From: Cetorhinus maximus
Taxonomy: Eukaryota
NCBI RefSeq assembly: GCF_964194155.1
Contig: NC_135906.1
Location: forward strand, 23,746,001 to 23,810,000
Reading direction: 5' to 3'
Length of the DNA: 64,000 nt
The notes below the pieces were generated by a model. The model did not search any database, was not told where the DNA came from, and saw only the letters and a list, made by a program, of their open reading frames with translations. Made by a program: the position numbers and the translations under genes. Below, piece by piece: positions 23,991 through 36,060 of this stretch. How positions within the stretch are numbered: the first letter of the stretch is position 1; every line of letters begins with the position of its first letter.

Positions 23991-24541
23991 AGAGCTTGAG
24001 TATTGCTGAAGAGAGAGATGCTGTTGAAGTTTTTTGCCTTGTACTCATTGGGACAGTATCGCAAGAATACCAAATCTCAATGGGACACAACAATTTATAC
24101 TGCATGAGAAGAGGGTGCTGATTGGTTGGCAAGTGAACTCTGATTGGTAGAGGCATTGCCACAGAGAGTGCGCCAAGAAACAGTTAACTGCCAAGCTTTT
24201 TGTTTCAATTCAAACCAGGCAAGTCGACCCCAAACTTTTGTTTAGTTGAGAAAAGGGGAACAGTCATTTTCCTTGGCTCGTTCCCCATGGCGTATGACCT
24301 TGACCAGAGTCGACTTGCCTGATTTGAATTTAAAAAGCTTGGCAGTTAATTGTCCCCTGGTGCATTCTCCATGGTAACTCCTCTACCAATCGAGTCCACT
24401 TGCCAACCAATCAGTACCCCTTTCTCAGGCAATAAAAATTTGTTGTTTCCTTTGAAATTTGGTATTCTTGTCATTCTGTCTGGATGAGTACAACACGAAA
24501 AGCTCTGATAACATGTCTTTTTTCAGCATTACTCATGTGCT
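23991..24541. repeat. Long inverted repeat (~240-bp arms, ~75-bp spacer) in GET3 intron 6; probable PLE-type inverted termini or MITE-like element
   Basis: Arms 23991-24230 and 24307-24541 are reverse complements, e.g. ctgattggttggcaagtgaactc / gagtccacttgccaaccaatcag and caggcaagtcgac / gtcgacttgcctg. Confidence 0.85.
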
Positions 24542-24744
24542 GTAACGATATTAAGCTGCCAGATCAGTTTCATTCAGGCAGTGCTAAAGGCTTGAACAAA
24601 CCAGTTAAAAACAAAAAGCTTTGATTGATTCAACAATCACAAGCATCCTGAACTCAGGCATCAGAAGCTAATTTGAACAGAATTAAGTACTCATTTTAAA
24701 TTCATAGCTGTTGAAAACAAAGCAAAATCTATCGGTTCATTCAA

Positions 24745-24850
24745 CACAAAAGCAGAATACCGCAAATGTTGGAATCTAAAATGAAAACAGAAACTGCTGG
24801 AAATACCCAAGTCAGGCAGCATCAATGGAGAGAGAAATAGAGCTAACTGT
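24745..24850 (-). mobile_element. Degenerate PLE-terminus-derived repeat (GET3 intron 6)
   Basis: 'aaaagcagaataccgcaaatgttggaatctaaaatgaaaacagaaactgctggaaatac...agagagaaatagagctaac'. Confidence 0.65.
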
Positions 24851-24974
24851 TTTTAATATTGGAGTTCGCAGCCCGGTCAGTAATTTATCCCTCTCACTTC
24901 CTCCTTGCCCTCTTCCACTCCCCTGCCAACCTCTCTCAGAGTCCTTACATTTAAACTTGGATTGCATTTGCTTT

Positions 24975-25635
24975 AACGTAGGTGGTTGAGAGATGATCTA
25001 AGTGAGGTGTTTCAAATTATAAAAGGGATTAAATAGAGTAGTTACTGAGAAACTATTTTCTCTGATGGGGAAACCCAGGACATGAGGGCACAATCAATGT
25101 TCCTTCAAAACTGCTCAACCAAAGTCAGGCAGCACATGTTGAACCCCTTTAAATTATCTTGCACATGCAGTCACGCAACAACATTTAAAGGGGCCACCCA
25201 CTTAAACAAATATCAGGAAACACTGACCACAATCTTCAAATTTCAGGAGAGAAATCTAAAGGCACTTTTTCCACACAAAGGGTAGTGGAAATCTGGAACT
25301 CTTTCTGGGTCATTTGAAATTTTCCAAGAGGGATTTAGTAGGCAGGGATATCAAGTGGCATAGGTCAAAGAGTTTGAGGGGGGAAATAATGGAGTCGAGC
25401 TACAGGTCAGCCGCAATCTAAGTGAGTGGCGGAACAGGTTGGAGGGGCTGAATGGCCAACTCCCACTCTGATTGGCATCTTTTACATCTTGATTGCACCT
25501 AGCTTGAAAGACCATAAGACATAGGAGCAGAAATTAGGCCATTCGGCCCATCGAGTCTGCTCCGCCATTCAATCATGGCTGATAAGTTTCTCAACCCCAT
25601 TCTCCCCGTAACCTTTGATCCCCTTACCAAGCAAG
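24975..25635. mobile_element. CR1-like fragments in both orientations (GET3 intron 6)
   Basis: Plus-strand tail 'ggggctgaatggccaactcc' (~25460) followed by minus-strand tail 'cataagacataggagcagaaattaggccattcggccc' (~25514). Confidence 0.7.
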
Positions 25636-25789
25636 TCTGAACTGTGCTTAAATCCTCTCCGATAAAGAAAATAAAAAGAAACTTAATTCACTTCAAGCAT
25701 GAGGTTAACCTAGTCACAGTTTAGCTGGTCACATCTTCTGTGCATAATATTGCACCCAAGTAGAAAATTCATGCCCATTATGACCGTAC

Positions 25790-25990
25790 CTGATCTAGAT
25801 ATTTTGATTGGATTTTGTGTCGAGCTTCACACATCCTACATGGTTTCTCCCCTGGATCTGGAAACACCAGTTGGTTTACAATGATGTTGTGGCTGTCGAT
25901 TTTACACTTGGCCAACTCTTGAATAAGTCGTTCTGTCTCGTACAAGGACAGAAACTCGGCGATGCACACACAGATGAATGTGGTCTGTTC
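25790..25990 (-). CDS. GET3: GET3 coding exon 6 ([67 protein letters not shown])
   Basis: Acceptor CTCACAG|, donor |GTACGG; Zn-binding CxxC (CRMC); 201 nt. Confidence 0.97.
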
Positions 25991-26154
25991 CTGTGAGAAG
26001 TAAACAGAAAAGGCCGTAGAATAGGTTTAGTAGGCAACCACCATCTTGCATCTCACCAACTAAAACAGAGGTGACTGCAAGAGAAATATTAGCTTCGATT
26101 TCATACATTTCCTTTCACTTATCCCAACTTTCTCCGGTATCCCTCTTGGCTGTC

Positions 26155-26570
26155 AGACATGCCTCAGTGAGTAGCACACGTGTCCATGACTCAGGTGGTT
26201 GTGGTCCCACACCAGGGTCTTGAGCACAAGATCTAGGCCTTCACTTGTGCAGTAATGAGGGAGTGCTCCAGTGTCAGAAGTGCTGTCTTTCAGATGGTGC
26301 ACTAAACTGAGCCCTTGGGTGGACATAAAAGATCCTGGACATTATTTCAAAGAGCAAGCGAGTGCTGGTGAATATTTATATTTAGCCCTCAATCAACATT
26401 ACTAAAATGGGATCATCACATTGCTGTTTTTGGGATCTTGCTGTGCGTAAATTGGCTAACATGTTTCCTACATAATAACAATCACTACACTTCAAAAGTA
26501 CTTAATTGGTTGCAAGTGTTTTGGGAGGTCATGTGGTAGTGAAAGGCATAATATAAAAGCAAGTCTTTCT
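26155..26570 (+). mobile_element. DeuSINE-like SINE (GET3 intron 5)
   Basis: Colinear with 2355-2812. Confidence 0.75.
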
Positions 26571-28107
26571 GCCACTCCTGCTCAGAAAGTTTTCTCAGGT
26601 ATCATATGCGTGGAGCCCTGCTGCTAATTTGCTGCTCCTTGTATGTCAGCAAAAGATGTTAGCCAGAGGAGCAAGACAAGCATTCCTGAACCTGTCCTAT
26701 TCTCATTCCCAATCCTTGCCCTAAACATCCATTAACAAAGGAAAGTAGTAAAATCCCTGGTAGATTATTACTCACAGCTCCTCTCAAAGTTAACCACAGC
26801 ACCGCACTCTATCCTAGACAAGATTAGCTAACTCAGTAGAGATTAGAATTCCTATATTCAGTATGATTCAACAGCAGACATTCCCAAGAGAGCCTGTGTC
26901 TGGCATACATTTTCATGAATCCTATTTCGAAAATATTAAGGGTGCCTTTACAATGTTAAGATGTGAAATTGCTGGAGATGTCAACTAGTTATAGTATTAG
27001 TGCAGTCCAGCAAAACTCTCTTCTACTGCAGGTCTCCACCCATACTGTACCAGATTCAGGTTTAATATCAGAATTTGGATTTACACAATAACTTTCAGCT
27101 TACAGTAAGAAAATCACTAACACCATTGCTTGTAGTAAAATGTTGGAGATACTCAGTTGCTCTGCGTATGTACAACATACATACACACGTACTAAATACT
27201 TTTAACCACAGAATTCACAGAGCTCTCAACCTCCGAATCACTGCAATTGCTGCCAAATTTTTGAAAATAATATCTGTATAAATATTGGAGAGCGCCAGGA
27301 ATTTATAGAAGAGAAACCAGTACTTTGCATTTGTACGAAGCATATATAGAAATCAGGAATGAGAACCAAGACGAAAAATCAAATGAAATGCATTTTGGTG
27401 GTGGGGAGGCGGAGGGGGGGGAAAGAGAAGAAAAGAGCATAAAACAAATTACAGAGAGTTGGCTGCGCATTTTACTGAGATTATCCCCTAGTAGGTGAAG
27501 ACAGGTTGGGGTGGAAGGTACTGCAAGTCCAAGACGCTGGAACAAAAGGAATGAGTGTGTGATGAGTGAATATGGGAGGGGATGCTGCAGTTTCACAAAA
27601 TAAAGTGCAAAATAGTCATATTCTCACTGGAACTATCTGGGTAAGAATATTTAATAGGAGTGACAGCCTAGGGGTTACAGTTCTGGACCAGCATCCCAGA
27701 GTTCATGAATTCAATAAATTCAGTAATCTTTGGGCTGCCACCAGGTTTAAAAAAAAACTACCCGCAGGGATGGGGTGGGTTCCTGTCCAGTCTCACACGA
27801 CGCGGTTTAATCTTAATAGTGTCAAGGCAAATGGTGACGGGCAACACATACCGATTTACCAGGCAGTGTCCCCTGTAATCTAGGAGCTGACACTAAACTT
27901 GGGTTTTTCAATGTTGTGAGGGAAAGCAAGAGAGCAAGAACGTGGTTGGTAAAGGATGCTGCATTATAGATTTGTGCACAAAGAGTTTAAAAAATTCCAC
28001 ACACCAAATCAAAGATTCTGTAGAATGACGACTTCAGCTAAACCATTAAATCTCAAGTCACTACTGATCTCACGTTAAGTGAAAAAAACCAATGAAGCAG
28101 TAATTAC

Positions 28108-28215
28108 CGGGTCTTTAAACTGCTCGCTGACTGAACGAATGACGGGTAAGGTCTCCTCTAGCTTCGATGCAAGTTGATCTGCATTCATGTCACCGAGTCC
28201 AAGCATACTGCACAT
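28108..28215 (-). CDS. GET3: GET3 coding exon 5 ([36 protein letters not shown])
   Basis: Too short for the ORF track, translated by hand; acceptor TTTCAG|, donor |GTAATT; 108 nt, phase 0-0; matches vertebrate GET3. Confidence 0.96.
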
Positions 28216-28671
28216 CTGAAATGCAGGCAATGATTAAATATGTGCACAGCTCGATCCAACAACCAGCACAAAGATTACACTTATCACCGACAATTCAAGT
28301 ATCAATTATTCGAAATTTAAATGTTTGCATACCATCACAGCCACCTTAATTGTTTTTATTTTAAAAGTCAATGCATGCAGCCTTATTTACATTTATTCTG
28401 AAGCAAGGTATCCTAGCTAATTTTAATCCAAAATACTGCATGCTCTAACATTAAAGACTGACTTTAAAAATGCACGCTATTAAGTGTGGAAGACCACCTG
28501 TACACAACAAGAATTTGCAGGTATCACACCAGTGATTCACCAACGTGCACAGCAAGATTCCACAGCTGTTCGGCACCAAGATCAGCTAAACCAGAACAAA
28601 CTGGATATTTGTCAACCAGTGGAAAGTCTCACCCAACTCCTGTATAAGTGTGTCACACAGGATCTGTTACG

Positions 28672-28900
28672 GAATAAAAACAGAAAATGCTGGAAAAACT
28701 CAGCAGATCTGATAGCAGCTGAGGAGAGAGAAACAGAGTTAACATTTCGAGTCTGTTATGACTCTTCTTCAGAGCTGAGTCATAAGGACTCGAAATGTTA
28801 ACTCTGCTTCTCTCTCCATAGATGCTGCCGGACCCGAGTTTTTCCAGCATTTTTCTGTTTTTATTTCAGATTTTCAGCATCCGCAGTATTTTGTTTTTAT
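28672..28900. mobile_element. Palindromic PLE-terminus-derived short repeat in GET3 intron 4
   Basis: Arm 28672-28776 mirrored by 28777-28900. Confidence 0.85.
28737..28776 (-). ncRNA. Minimal hammerhead-ribozyme-like motif in a palindromic PLE-derived repeat (GET3 intron 4, sense to GET3)
   Basis: Minus strand reads AGCT-CTGAAGA-A-GAGTC-ATAACA-GACTC-GAAATGT-T-AACT: canonical CUGANGA and GAAA with a perfect 5-bp helix II; helix I has one mismatch and ACGU has decayed to AUGU. Confidence 0.55.
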
Positions 28901-29488
28901 CTGTTTACAGAATATACTTTGATTAAGTACAGTTGAGACCATTGTGTGGTATAACATCAGAGATATACAGCAGATTCCAAGGCATAAGTGATTGCTAAGT
29001 TTTACAACAACCCAAACATATGCAAGTTTTAAATAAACTTTTAGGAGACCCTGCAATTAGACAGTGCCTCAGGGGCTGAATAAAAACTGTACTTAATATA
29101 CATAGAAGACTCAGACTTTGTTTAGCGCTTATTTCCCTTCACCTGATCTTGTTCCCTTCTCTCAGTGATTTTTTTTTAATTGAGTTCTGGTGCAACAACC
29201 CCCTATTATTTTGAAGTGACATGTATAACATAGGTATTAAGTGTTGGGAAGCTTTTTGTACACAGGGAAAATATCTATTCTTGCCCACTTTCCAGTTGTG
29301 GACACCAATGGTATACAGAGCAGGAATGCTGTCATATTTCATTTTCACCCACTTCCTAGCCCATAGAGGCTCAAAAGTACCACACCCAGCACCTTTACCT
29401 ACCGACAGAGCAACCACAATCTCATTCTTAACACCAATTTCCCTTCATTCTATTGTCTAATAGGTTTCAGAGCAGATGAAGCCACTAC

Positions 29489-29639
29489 CTGGGAGATGAA
29501 AGGGCTGATCTGGTTCTTAATCTGCATTAGTCTCCCAAGCCCCCGCTCAACGATAGTTGGAAAGTTCAGGAGTCGTAGTGTGTGCCCTGTTGGTGCCGTG
29601 TCAAACACCACCACTGAGAAGTTCATGCCTTTCACCAAC
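29489..29639 (-). CDS. GET3: GET3 coding exon 4 ([50 protein letters not shown])
   Basis: Acceptor TTTTACAG|, donor |GTAGTG; switch II motif DTAPTGH; 151 nt. Confidence 0.97.
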
Positions 29640-31164
29640 CTGTAAAACACGAGTTATTTAACAAAAGGGGCTGTGTTAGACTAAAAAAAATTATCTGCAG
29701 CAAATGTCACGATGGAACCATATTCACCTGCAAATCAGTGCCCACAAATTTATACCCCTAAACAAATTAACCGGACAGAGGTTTGCGAATCTCACCAATT
29801 CTACAGCTGTATCTTAACACGTTCTCAAATTGCATCAAGACATGTAAAGGGTCCAATTTTGTAATATATAGATCTGCATCAAGCATTTTACATCTATTAT
29901 AATATGACCTGTGCCAATTAACATGCAAGGAGAGCCACAATAACCCACCCTGTCACTTATATGAAAGAATTTTGAGAGTCGGAGTTTCACTAATATAACA
30001 CGGCTATGAGTAAGCACCTTTTTAGATTTTTCAGAGGTTGTGTTCTGGTTCTAGTGAGATAAACAGTGGGCTGAGGGCTCAGCGCGCAATGGGATTTACT
30101 ATCTATACAGCTCTGACATTCACATTTAGCTCCAGGTCAGCAAGTAGCTCAGTAGAAGTATTCCCACCCCCCCTACTCCAAAACACCACATTTTTCAAAC
30201 TAAAAACAGGTTATGAAGGTTAATTTAGATCGCCTGAATAAAAAAATTAGAAGATAAAATCTCCACGTCTGGCAAAGTATAGATTGCACAACAGACAGGG
30301 GATAAACACATTACATAGAGTGTACAGCAGAATTTATAGCACAAAAACAGGCTATTCAACCCAACTGGCCATGCGGATGTTTATGCTCCATGAGTCTCCC
30401 CTCTACGCACCCCCCCCCCCACCCCCCCTTGCTTCATCTAACCCTATCAGCATAACCCCCTATTCCTGTCTCTCGTGTCTATCCAGCTTTCCTATGTTCT
30501 CAACCGCTCCATGTGGTAGTGAGTTCCAGATTGTAACCACTCTCTGGCTAAAGAAGTTTCATCTTAGCTTATGCACCCATAGTTATCTCATACACAGTGC
30601 CCCTCCACCCTTATGCCTCACCCCAAGTACAACATCCAACTCAAATGGTTCCAGGGCTTTCTTCTCCATTAGTTGGTCAGAAAATCCACTGCTCACTCTT
30701 GAAGACCTTCTTCACATCAGTTACTGCTAGTCTACATCCAGTACACATTAAGGGCCAAAGTGCACGGGAACATTTTAAGTTACCATGAACACACTCGCAC
30801 CTTATCCCACAATAGTTTCTGTCCGCAATTATGGCAGTTCCTCAGGTTTGCACCCGTTCACACTTAGCAGCTCCACCACAATCCTGCTTGAAAGCCAGGG
30901 CCCTGGATTCTCCATAATTGGAGCTAGAAACCCGATTCACAGAGAAGTCACACATACAAACCAACATCTTATCCTTCAAAAATAAAAAAACACCAATAAT
31001 ACCATTCCACCAACATAATTCATCTATAATACTAAAATATTACAGATTTAAATAAAGAAACAGAACTGCAGTTTAAATCAGATCTCTCAAACAAAGTTAT
31101 CCCAACCTACTATCTTTTGATGAAAATAAGGCTGTACAACTTTACATATTTTTGGGTCCAAGTA

Positions 31165-31548
31165 TTTTCTGGAATTTAGATGGTTAAGGGGTGATTAGAT
31201 CGAAGTTTACGATATTAAATGAAACACTTAGGATAGAGGAACTATTTCCACAGCTTAGGGAGCCTAGGACGAGGGGGCATAGTCTAAAAATTAGAGCCGG
31301 ACCTTTCTGGAGTCAAATTACACGCAAATTTTACGAGCAAAGGGTGGCAGAAGTTTAGAACGTTCAAACAGAAAATGATGCTAGATGCAGTGCTGATTTT
31401 AAAACTAAGATTGATAGATGTTTTTGTTAATCAAAAGTATTTAGGGATATGGGACAAAGGTGCATAGAGTTAGGTCACCGATCAGCATGGTCTCACTGAA
31501 TGACGGAACAGGCTCAAGGGGTTAAATGGCCTCCTTCTGTTCCTATCT
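31165..31548 (+). mobile_element. CR1-like LINE 3' end abutting the GET3 exon 3 donor
   Basis: 'ggttaaggggtgattagatcgaagttt...aaatggcctccttctgttcctat'. Confidence 0.8.
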
Positions 31549-31568
31549 TCCTTTCCCTTTTACGTTAC

Positions 31569-31717
31569 CTCATGACTTCAGCGTAGCTCATAGCTTCATC
31601 GATGCCTGGGAACGCACTCATCGCCTCCTGCATCATCTTCTTACCCATGCTCAACATGTTATCTTCCTCAAAAAATTCATCAGGTAATTCGGCCACTCCC
31701 AGGCTTGGATCGATTTC
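31569..31717 (-). CDS. GET3: GET3 coding exon 3 ([50 protein letters not shown])
   Basis: Acceptor GCAG|, donor |GTAACG; PGIDEAM motif; 149 nt. Confidence 0.97.
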
Positions 31718-31906
31718 CTGCATGAGGAAAGGGTAAAGCCACAACAAACCTAAGTGTGTTCATCCTTAGAATCCAAGTTCACACAGGATACAAAAGTCCC
31801 AAAAGCTGCTTTTCCACCCCCCTCCAAACGGCAGGTAAGCTGAAAACCTTTTACGGCCAAAGGTCCTATCCGACACATTAGCCTAGTTTTCTCATTCCAA
31901 CATTCA

Positions 31907-31976
31907 AGAAGCTGATTCATAATAAAATCCTATCCTATGTTAGAAGCTGAATCATAATAAATCCTAACCTACGTTA
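31907..31976. repeat. Imperfect ~35-bp tandem duplication next to a SINE head
   Basis: agaagctgattcataataaaatcctatcctatgtt / agaagctgaatcataataaatcctaacctacgtt. Confidence 0.8.
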
Positions 31977-32272
31977 GGGTTCAAATCCCACTACAGCAGA
32001 TGGTGAAATTTGAATTCAGTAAAAATCTGGAATTTAAAGTCTAATGATGACCATGAAACCATTGCCGATTGTTGTAAAAACCCATCTGGTTCACTAATGC
32101 CCTTTAGGGAAGGAAACCTGCCGTCCTTACCTGGTCTGGCCTACACATGACTCCAGACCCACAGCAATGTGGTTGACTCTCAAAAATGCCCTCTGAGCAA
32201 GGACAATTAGGGATGGGCAATAAATGCTAGCCTATCCAGCAACGCCCACATCCCGTGAATGAATAAAAGAAA
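31977..32272 (+). mobile_element. Same SINE family (GET3 intron 2)
   Basis: B-box 'ggttcaaatccc', body and tail as above. Confidence 0.85.
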
Positions 32273-33612
32273 AACATTCCGATAAATAAGCACCCCTTCA
32301 AGGCAAATATATCTTTCCTTAAGTGCGGAGCCCAAAATTGAACCCAGTTCTCAGATGGGGTCTGACCAAGGCTCTGGAACTGTTAAGCTGTTTATTGTAA
32401 AATGGAGGATTTCAAAAAGGTGAAGATACAATCACAGGCATAAACATTTTTAAACACATCTGTATATAACAATTAACTTATTTTCAATATTACTACAAGG
32501 TGCAATTGTCCAGTCACGTATTTAACTCTTTTGAAAACAAATAAATACAGATAGGATTGTATTATGATTCAGCTTCCTGAATGCAGGTTGCTATTTGTCT
32601 AGTGCACATTATCTAGTCATATCTGTCCAGCTGGATTTTCAATACAATTTCCCATGTTTGACTAGGTATCCTCATTTGCAGGAACATTCTTGCATGAAAT
32701 ATGAATAGAAATCTCCCTCAAAGCAGCGAATCTGGCTTATAAGTGAATTATACATTTAGTGTATGCTTACAACTTAAGGGTGACCAGCCTTACAAACCTC
32801 CAGAAACACTGCATTCCTTCATTCTGACCTCTTGTTTATCTCCCATTTCCTACACTCCAATATTCGCTGTGCCTTGAGCTCTGGAATTTCCTCACTAAAT
32901 ATCTTGCCTCCCTTTCCTCCTACAACTCTGACCAAGCTGTTGATCACCTATCTTAAAATGTCCTTTTTTTGTCTTGGTATTAACCTTTGGCAGATGGCAA
33001 TCAAGTGAACTGGCTAGATCAAACCCGCCTGAAGAGTAAAAGTGCAAAGCAGGTAGCTGACTTGGGGGAAATTGAAATTTGAATTAACATCTGCTGAGAA
33101 CAGTAATTGAGGCCCGATTCCTTTCTGAGGAGATCTTAGGATTTTTATAAACTGGTGTTGGTTAGCATGGGTAAACCATGAGCCTATACCAGAATGATCA
33201 TAAAGGGACAGTGGCAGCAGTGGTCTTTTCTTGCTCAAAACATTATTTTTATTTTAATATAAAACTGTCCTCCCAATCAGATTTACCACTTTTGCAGGTT
33301 TGAAAGCTGCAATATTGTTAAGGATTGCTTTGGCATTCAGGCTAACTGCAGCACGTAGACACATGTTACCAAATGTAATAGTCGAATCTTCTGTGTAACA
33401 GATTTGAATAGCACTCTTACTACAAAGCAGCTGCAGCATTTTTCCCCTACTCACTGTTCACATATGGAATCTCTAACTACAAAAATTACAGCAACGTCTG
33501 AATTATCAATTCTTGGTTTACTTCATTTGCTTTGCTAAATAAATGGTTTGAGCCACATACACAATATTTAATTTGTACTATTTTATTCTGCATTGCTTGT
33601 AGTTTTACTTAC

Positions 33613-33760
33613 CATAGCAAACAGATTGTCATAACCTTTCACTTTTGTTGGTACTTTGGAGAATTTCTGATCGAATGCATCAGAGATATTATGGGCAGGA
33701 TCTGTAGAAATGATCAGCACACTCTCTCGAACCTCCGCTAACTGCACAGCCAAGCTGCAG
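33613..33760 (-). CDS. GET3: GET3 coding exon 2 ([50 protein letters not shown])
   Basis: Acceptor AAAACAG|, donor |GTAAGT; switch I motif STDPAHN; 148 nt, restores phase after exon 1. Confidence 0.97.
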
Positions 33761-33967
33761 CTGTTTTGGAGAACACATTTACAAATTAGGTACAACTATA
33801 TGAAACATTAAAAGTGATCATTGGAGCAAGATCTGAGAGAGGTCCTCATTTATTCCTTCCTTTCTTCCCACAGCACATGGAGCTTGCAAGATTGAATAGA
33901 GACAACACTCTATACTCAGTGATTTTGGTGCAATAATGGAACACAAGAGAAAAGGACCAGGTGTGAT

Positions 33968-34560
33968 TTTTTAAAAAATATATTCATTCATGGGGTGTGG
34001 GCATTGCTGGCTAGGCCAGCACTTATTGCCCATCCCTAATTGCCCTTGAGAAAGTGGTGGTGAGCTGCCTTCTTGAGCCACTGCAGTCCATGTGGTGCAG
34101 CACCCACACTGCTGTTAGGGAGAGAGTTCCAGGATTTTGACCCAGCAACAGTGAAGGAACAGTGATATAGTTCCAAGTCAGGATGGTGTGAGACATGGAG
34201 GGGAGCTTTCAGGTGGTGCTGTTCCCACATATCTGCTGGCCTTGTCCTTCTAGGTGGTAGGGGTCGCAGGTTTGCAAGGTTCTGTCAAAGGAGCCCCGAC
34301 TTGTAGATGGCACACAATTCTACCACTGTCAGCTGTGGTGGAGGGGATGTTTGTGGATGAGGCGGCAATCAAGTGGGTTGCCTTATCCTGGATGATGTCG
34401 AGCTTCTTGAGTGTTGCTGCAACTGCACTCATCCAAGAAAGTGGAGAGTATTCCATCACTCTCCTGACTTGTGCCTCGTAGATGCATATAGGCTTTGGGG
34501 AGTCAGGAGGCGAGTTACTATCCACAAAACTCCCAGCCTCTGACCCACTTTTGTAGTCAA
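33968..34560 (-). mobile_element. LINE 3' fragment, same family (GET3 intron 1)
   Basis: Reverse complement of 5050-5680; ORF 'YEAQVRRVMEYSPLSW'. Confidence 0.85.
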
Positions 34561-34684
34561 TGACACTAGCTCCAATAATCCTCAGTACCTCAGCCAACAC
34601 TGCAACAAATGGCCCTGGTCCCCTTTTGCTATCAAATCACCATCTAAGAGAAAATGAAGCTGTTATTCCTCAAATCTGGCAACC

Positions 34685-34738
34685 AGCACAAGCACTGAAA
34701 AGCTTTGAAAATAGCACAAGCACTGAAAAGCTTTGAAA
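34685..34738. repeat. Perfect 26-bp direct duplication (period 28)
   Basis: agcacaagcactgaaaagctttgaaa twice, separated by 'at'. Confidence 0.9.
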
Positions 34739-34964
34739 GTGAACATTTTACACAATCCCCATCATTTTCCTTATGAAGTTCACCATTAATAACAAAAACA
34801 ACATGCTATGTCAAGCAATTTTTCCCAATTCAGATTTGGCAAAGCAACCCTTTAACAGGAAAAACTAAGGGATAAGATTTTTTTTAAAAAAATACATCCT
34901 ATCAAATGAAACTCACTCAAAATAAAACACCTTAAAATAATCCAGTTAAATTTTGCCACAATTT

Positions 34965-35572
34965 TCAGCAGTTGGGAAGACAAATGGGATATTTAATGCA
35001 AGGAGATAAAAGGAGTATACAAGGATAAGGAAGTCTTGCTGCAATTGTACAGGGCTTTAGTGAGGCGAAACATGGGGTTGTACAGTTTTGGTGTCTGTAC
35101 CCAAATAACAACACACTTGCTTTAAGAGAAATTGCAACAAAGGTTCAGTAAATCAATTCCCGGGATGAGGGTTGAACCATGTGGGCAGGTTGAGTAGAAT
35201 GAAATGTGACTGCACTGAAATGTGCAAGTTACTTAGGGGGGCTCAACAAGTTGGATGCTGAGAAGTTGTGCTGGAGTGTGCAGAACTAGGAGTTACAGTC
35301 TCAGGATAAGGAGTCAATCATTTAAGACTGAGGAGGAGAAATTTCCTCACTCATAGGGTGGTGAATCTTTGGAACTCTCTACCTTGAGAGCAATGGATTC
35401 TCAGTCCTTGAGCATATACAAGACTGAGGTTGATAGATTTTTGAATTCTTAAGGGAACCAAGGGATCAGGTTGGAAAGTAAAGCTGATATAGAAGATCAG
35501 ACATGATCAAACTGAAGGACACAGCAGGATCAAGAGAACATAGAGTCTAAACCTACTCCTATTTTCCATGTT
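34965..35572 (+). mobile_element. Decayed CR1-like LINE (GET3 intron 1)
   Basis: 'gtggtgaatctttggaactctctacc'; tail 'cctactcctattttccatgtt'. Confidence 0.75.
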
Positions 35573-35766
35573 CAACATAATATGAAAAATGACATTTATA
35601 TGTACTCCATTGCCTGTACTGTAGGATAGTGTATTAGTTTGTAATTGTAATACAATCTCAATTCAACATTACCCTTCCTATAACCTAACGAATAGTTTCC
35701 AGCTGAATTCGGTCAGCTCTTTTTGTCACTACATCACTGTTACACGCTTGCATGTTTTTAACCCGA

Positions 35767-35786
35767 ATATATATATATATATATAT
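35767..35786. repeat. (AT)n microsatellite
   Basis: atatatatatatatatatat. Confidence 0.9.
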
Positions 35787-35917
35787 GATTTTTCCTTAGA
35801 TGCAAGTTGAAGTGCAATTCAATCTTTGGGGAATGCAACGTGTTCCTTGAATAAAACACCACTGGGAAGAAAACAAAAGTGAATAAAATGTTGGGGTAGC
35901 TCCCTCCCTGCTTTTAC

Positions 35918-36060
35918 CTGCAGGTGGTTTTGCCCACCCCTCCTTTCCCACCCACAAAGATCCACTTGAGGGACTTCTGCTCGATGATGTTAACCAAGGT
36001 GGGCTCCAGAGGCTCCACGTCTATTGCATCCTCAAACTCCTCGTCCATCGCCGCCGCCAT
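35918..36060 (-). CDS. GET3: GET3/ASNA1 ATPase, coding exon 1 ([47 protein letters not shown])
   Basis: ATG at 36060 in context GAGATGG; deviant Walker A motif [10 protein letters not shown] of ArsA/Get3; donor AG|GTAAAA; 143 nt, phase 2. Confidence 0.97.

Noticed and set aside
34685-34738. 26-bp direct repeat as a possible CRISPR-like array
   Set aside because: Only two copies with a 2-nt spacer in a vertebrate intron; this is a simple tandem duplication.
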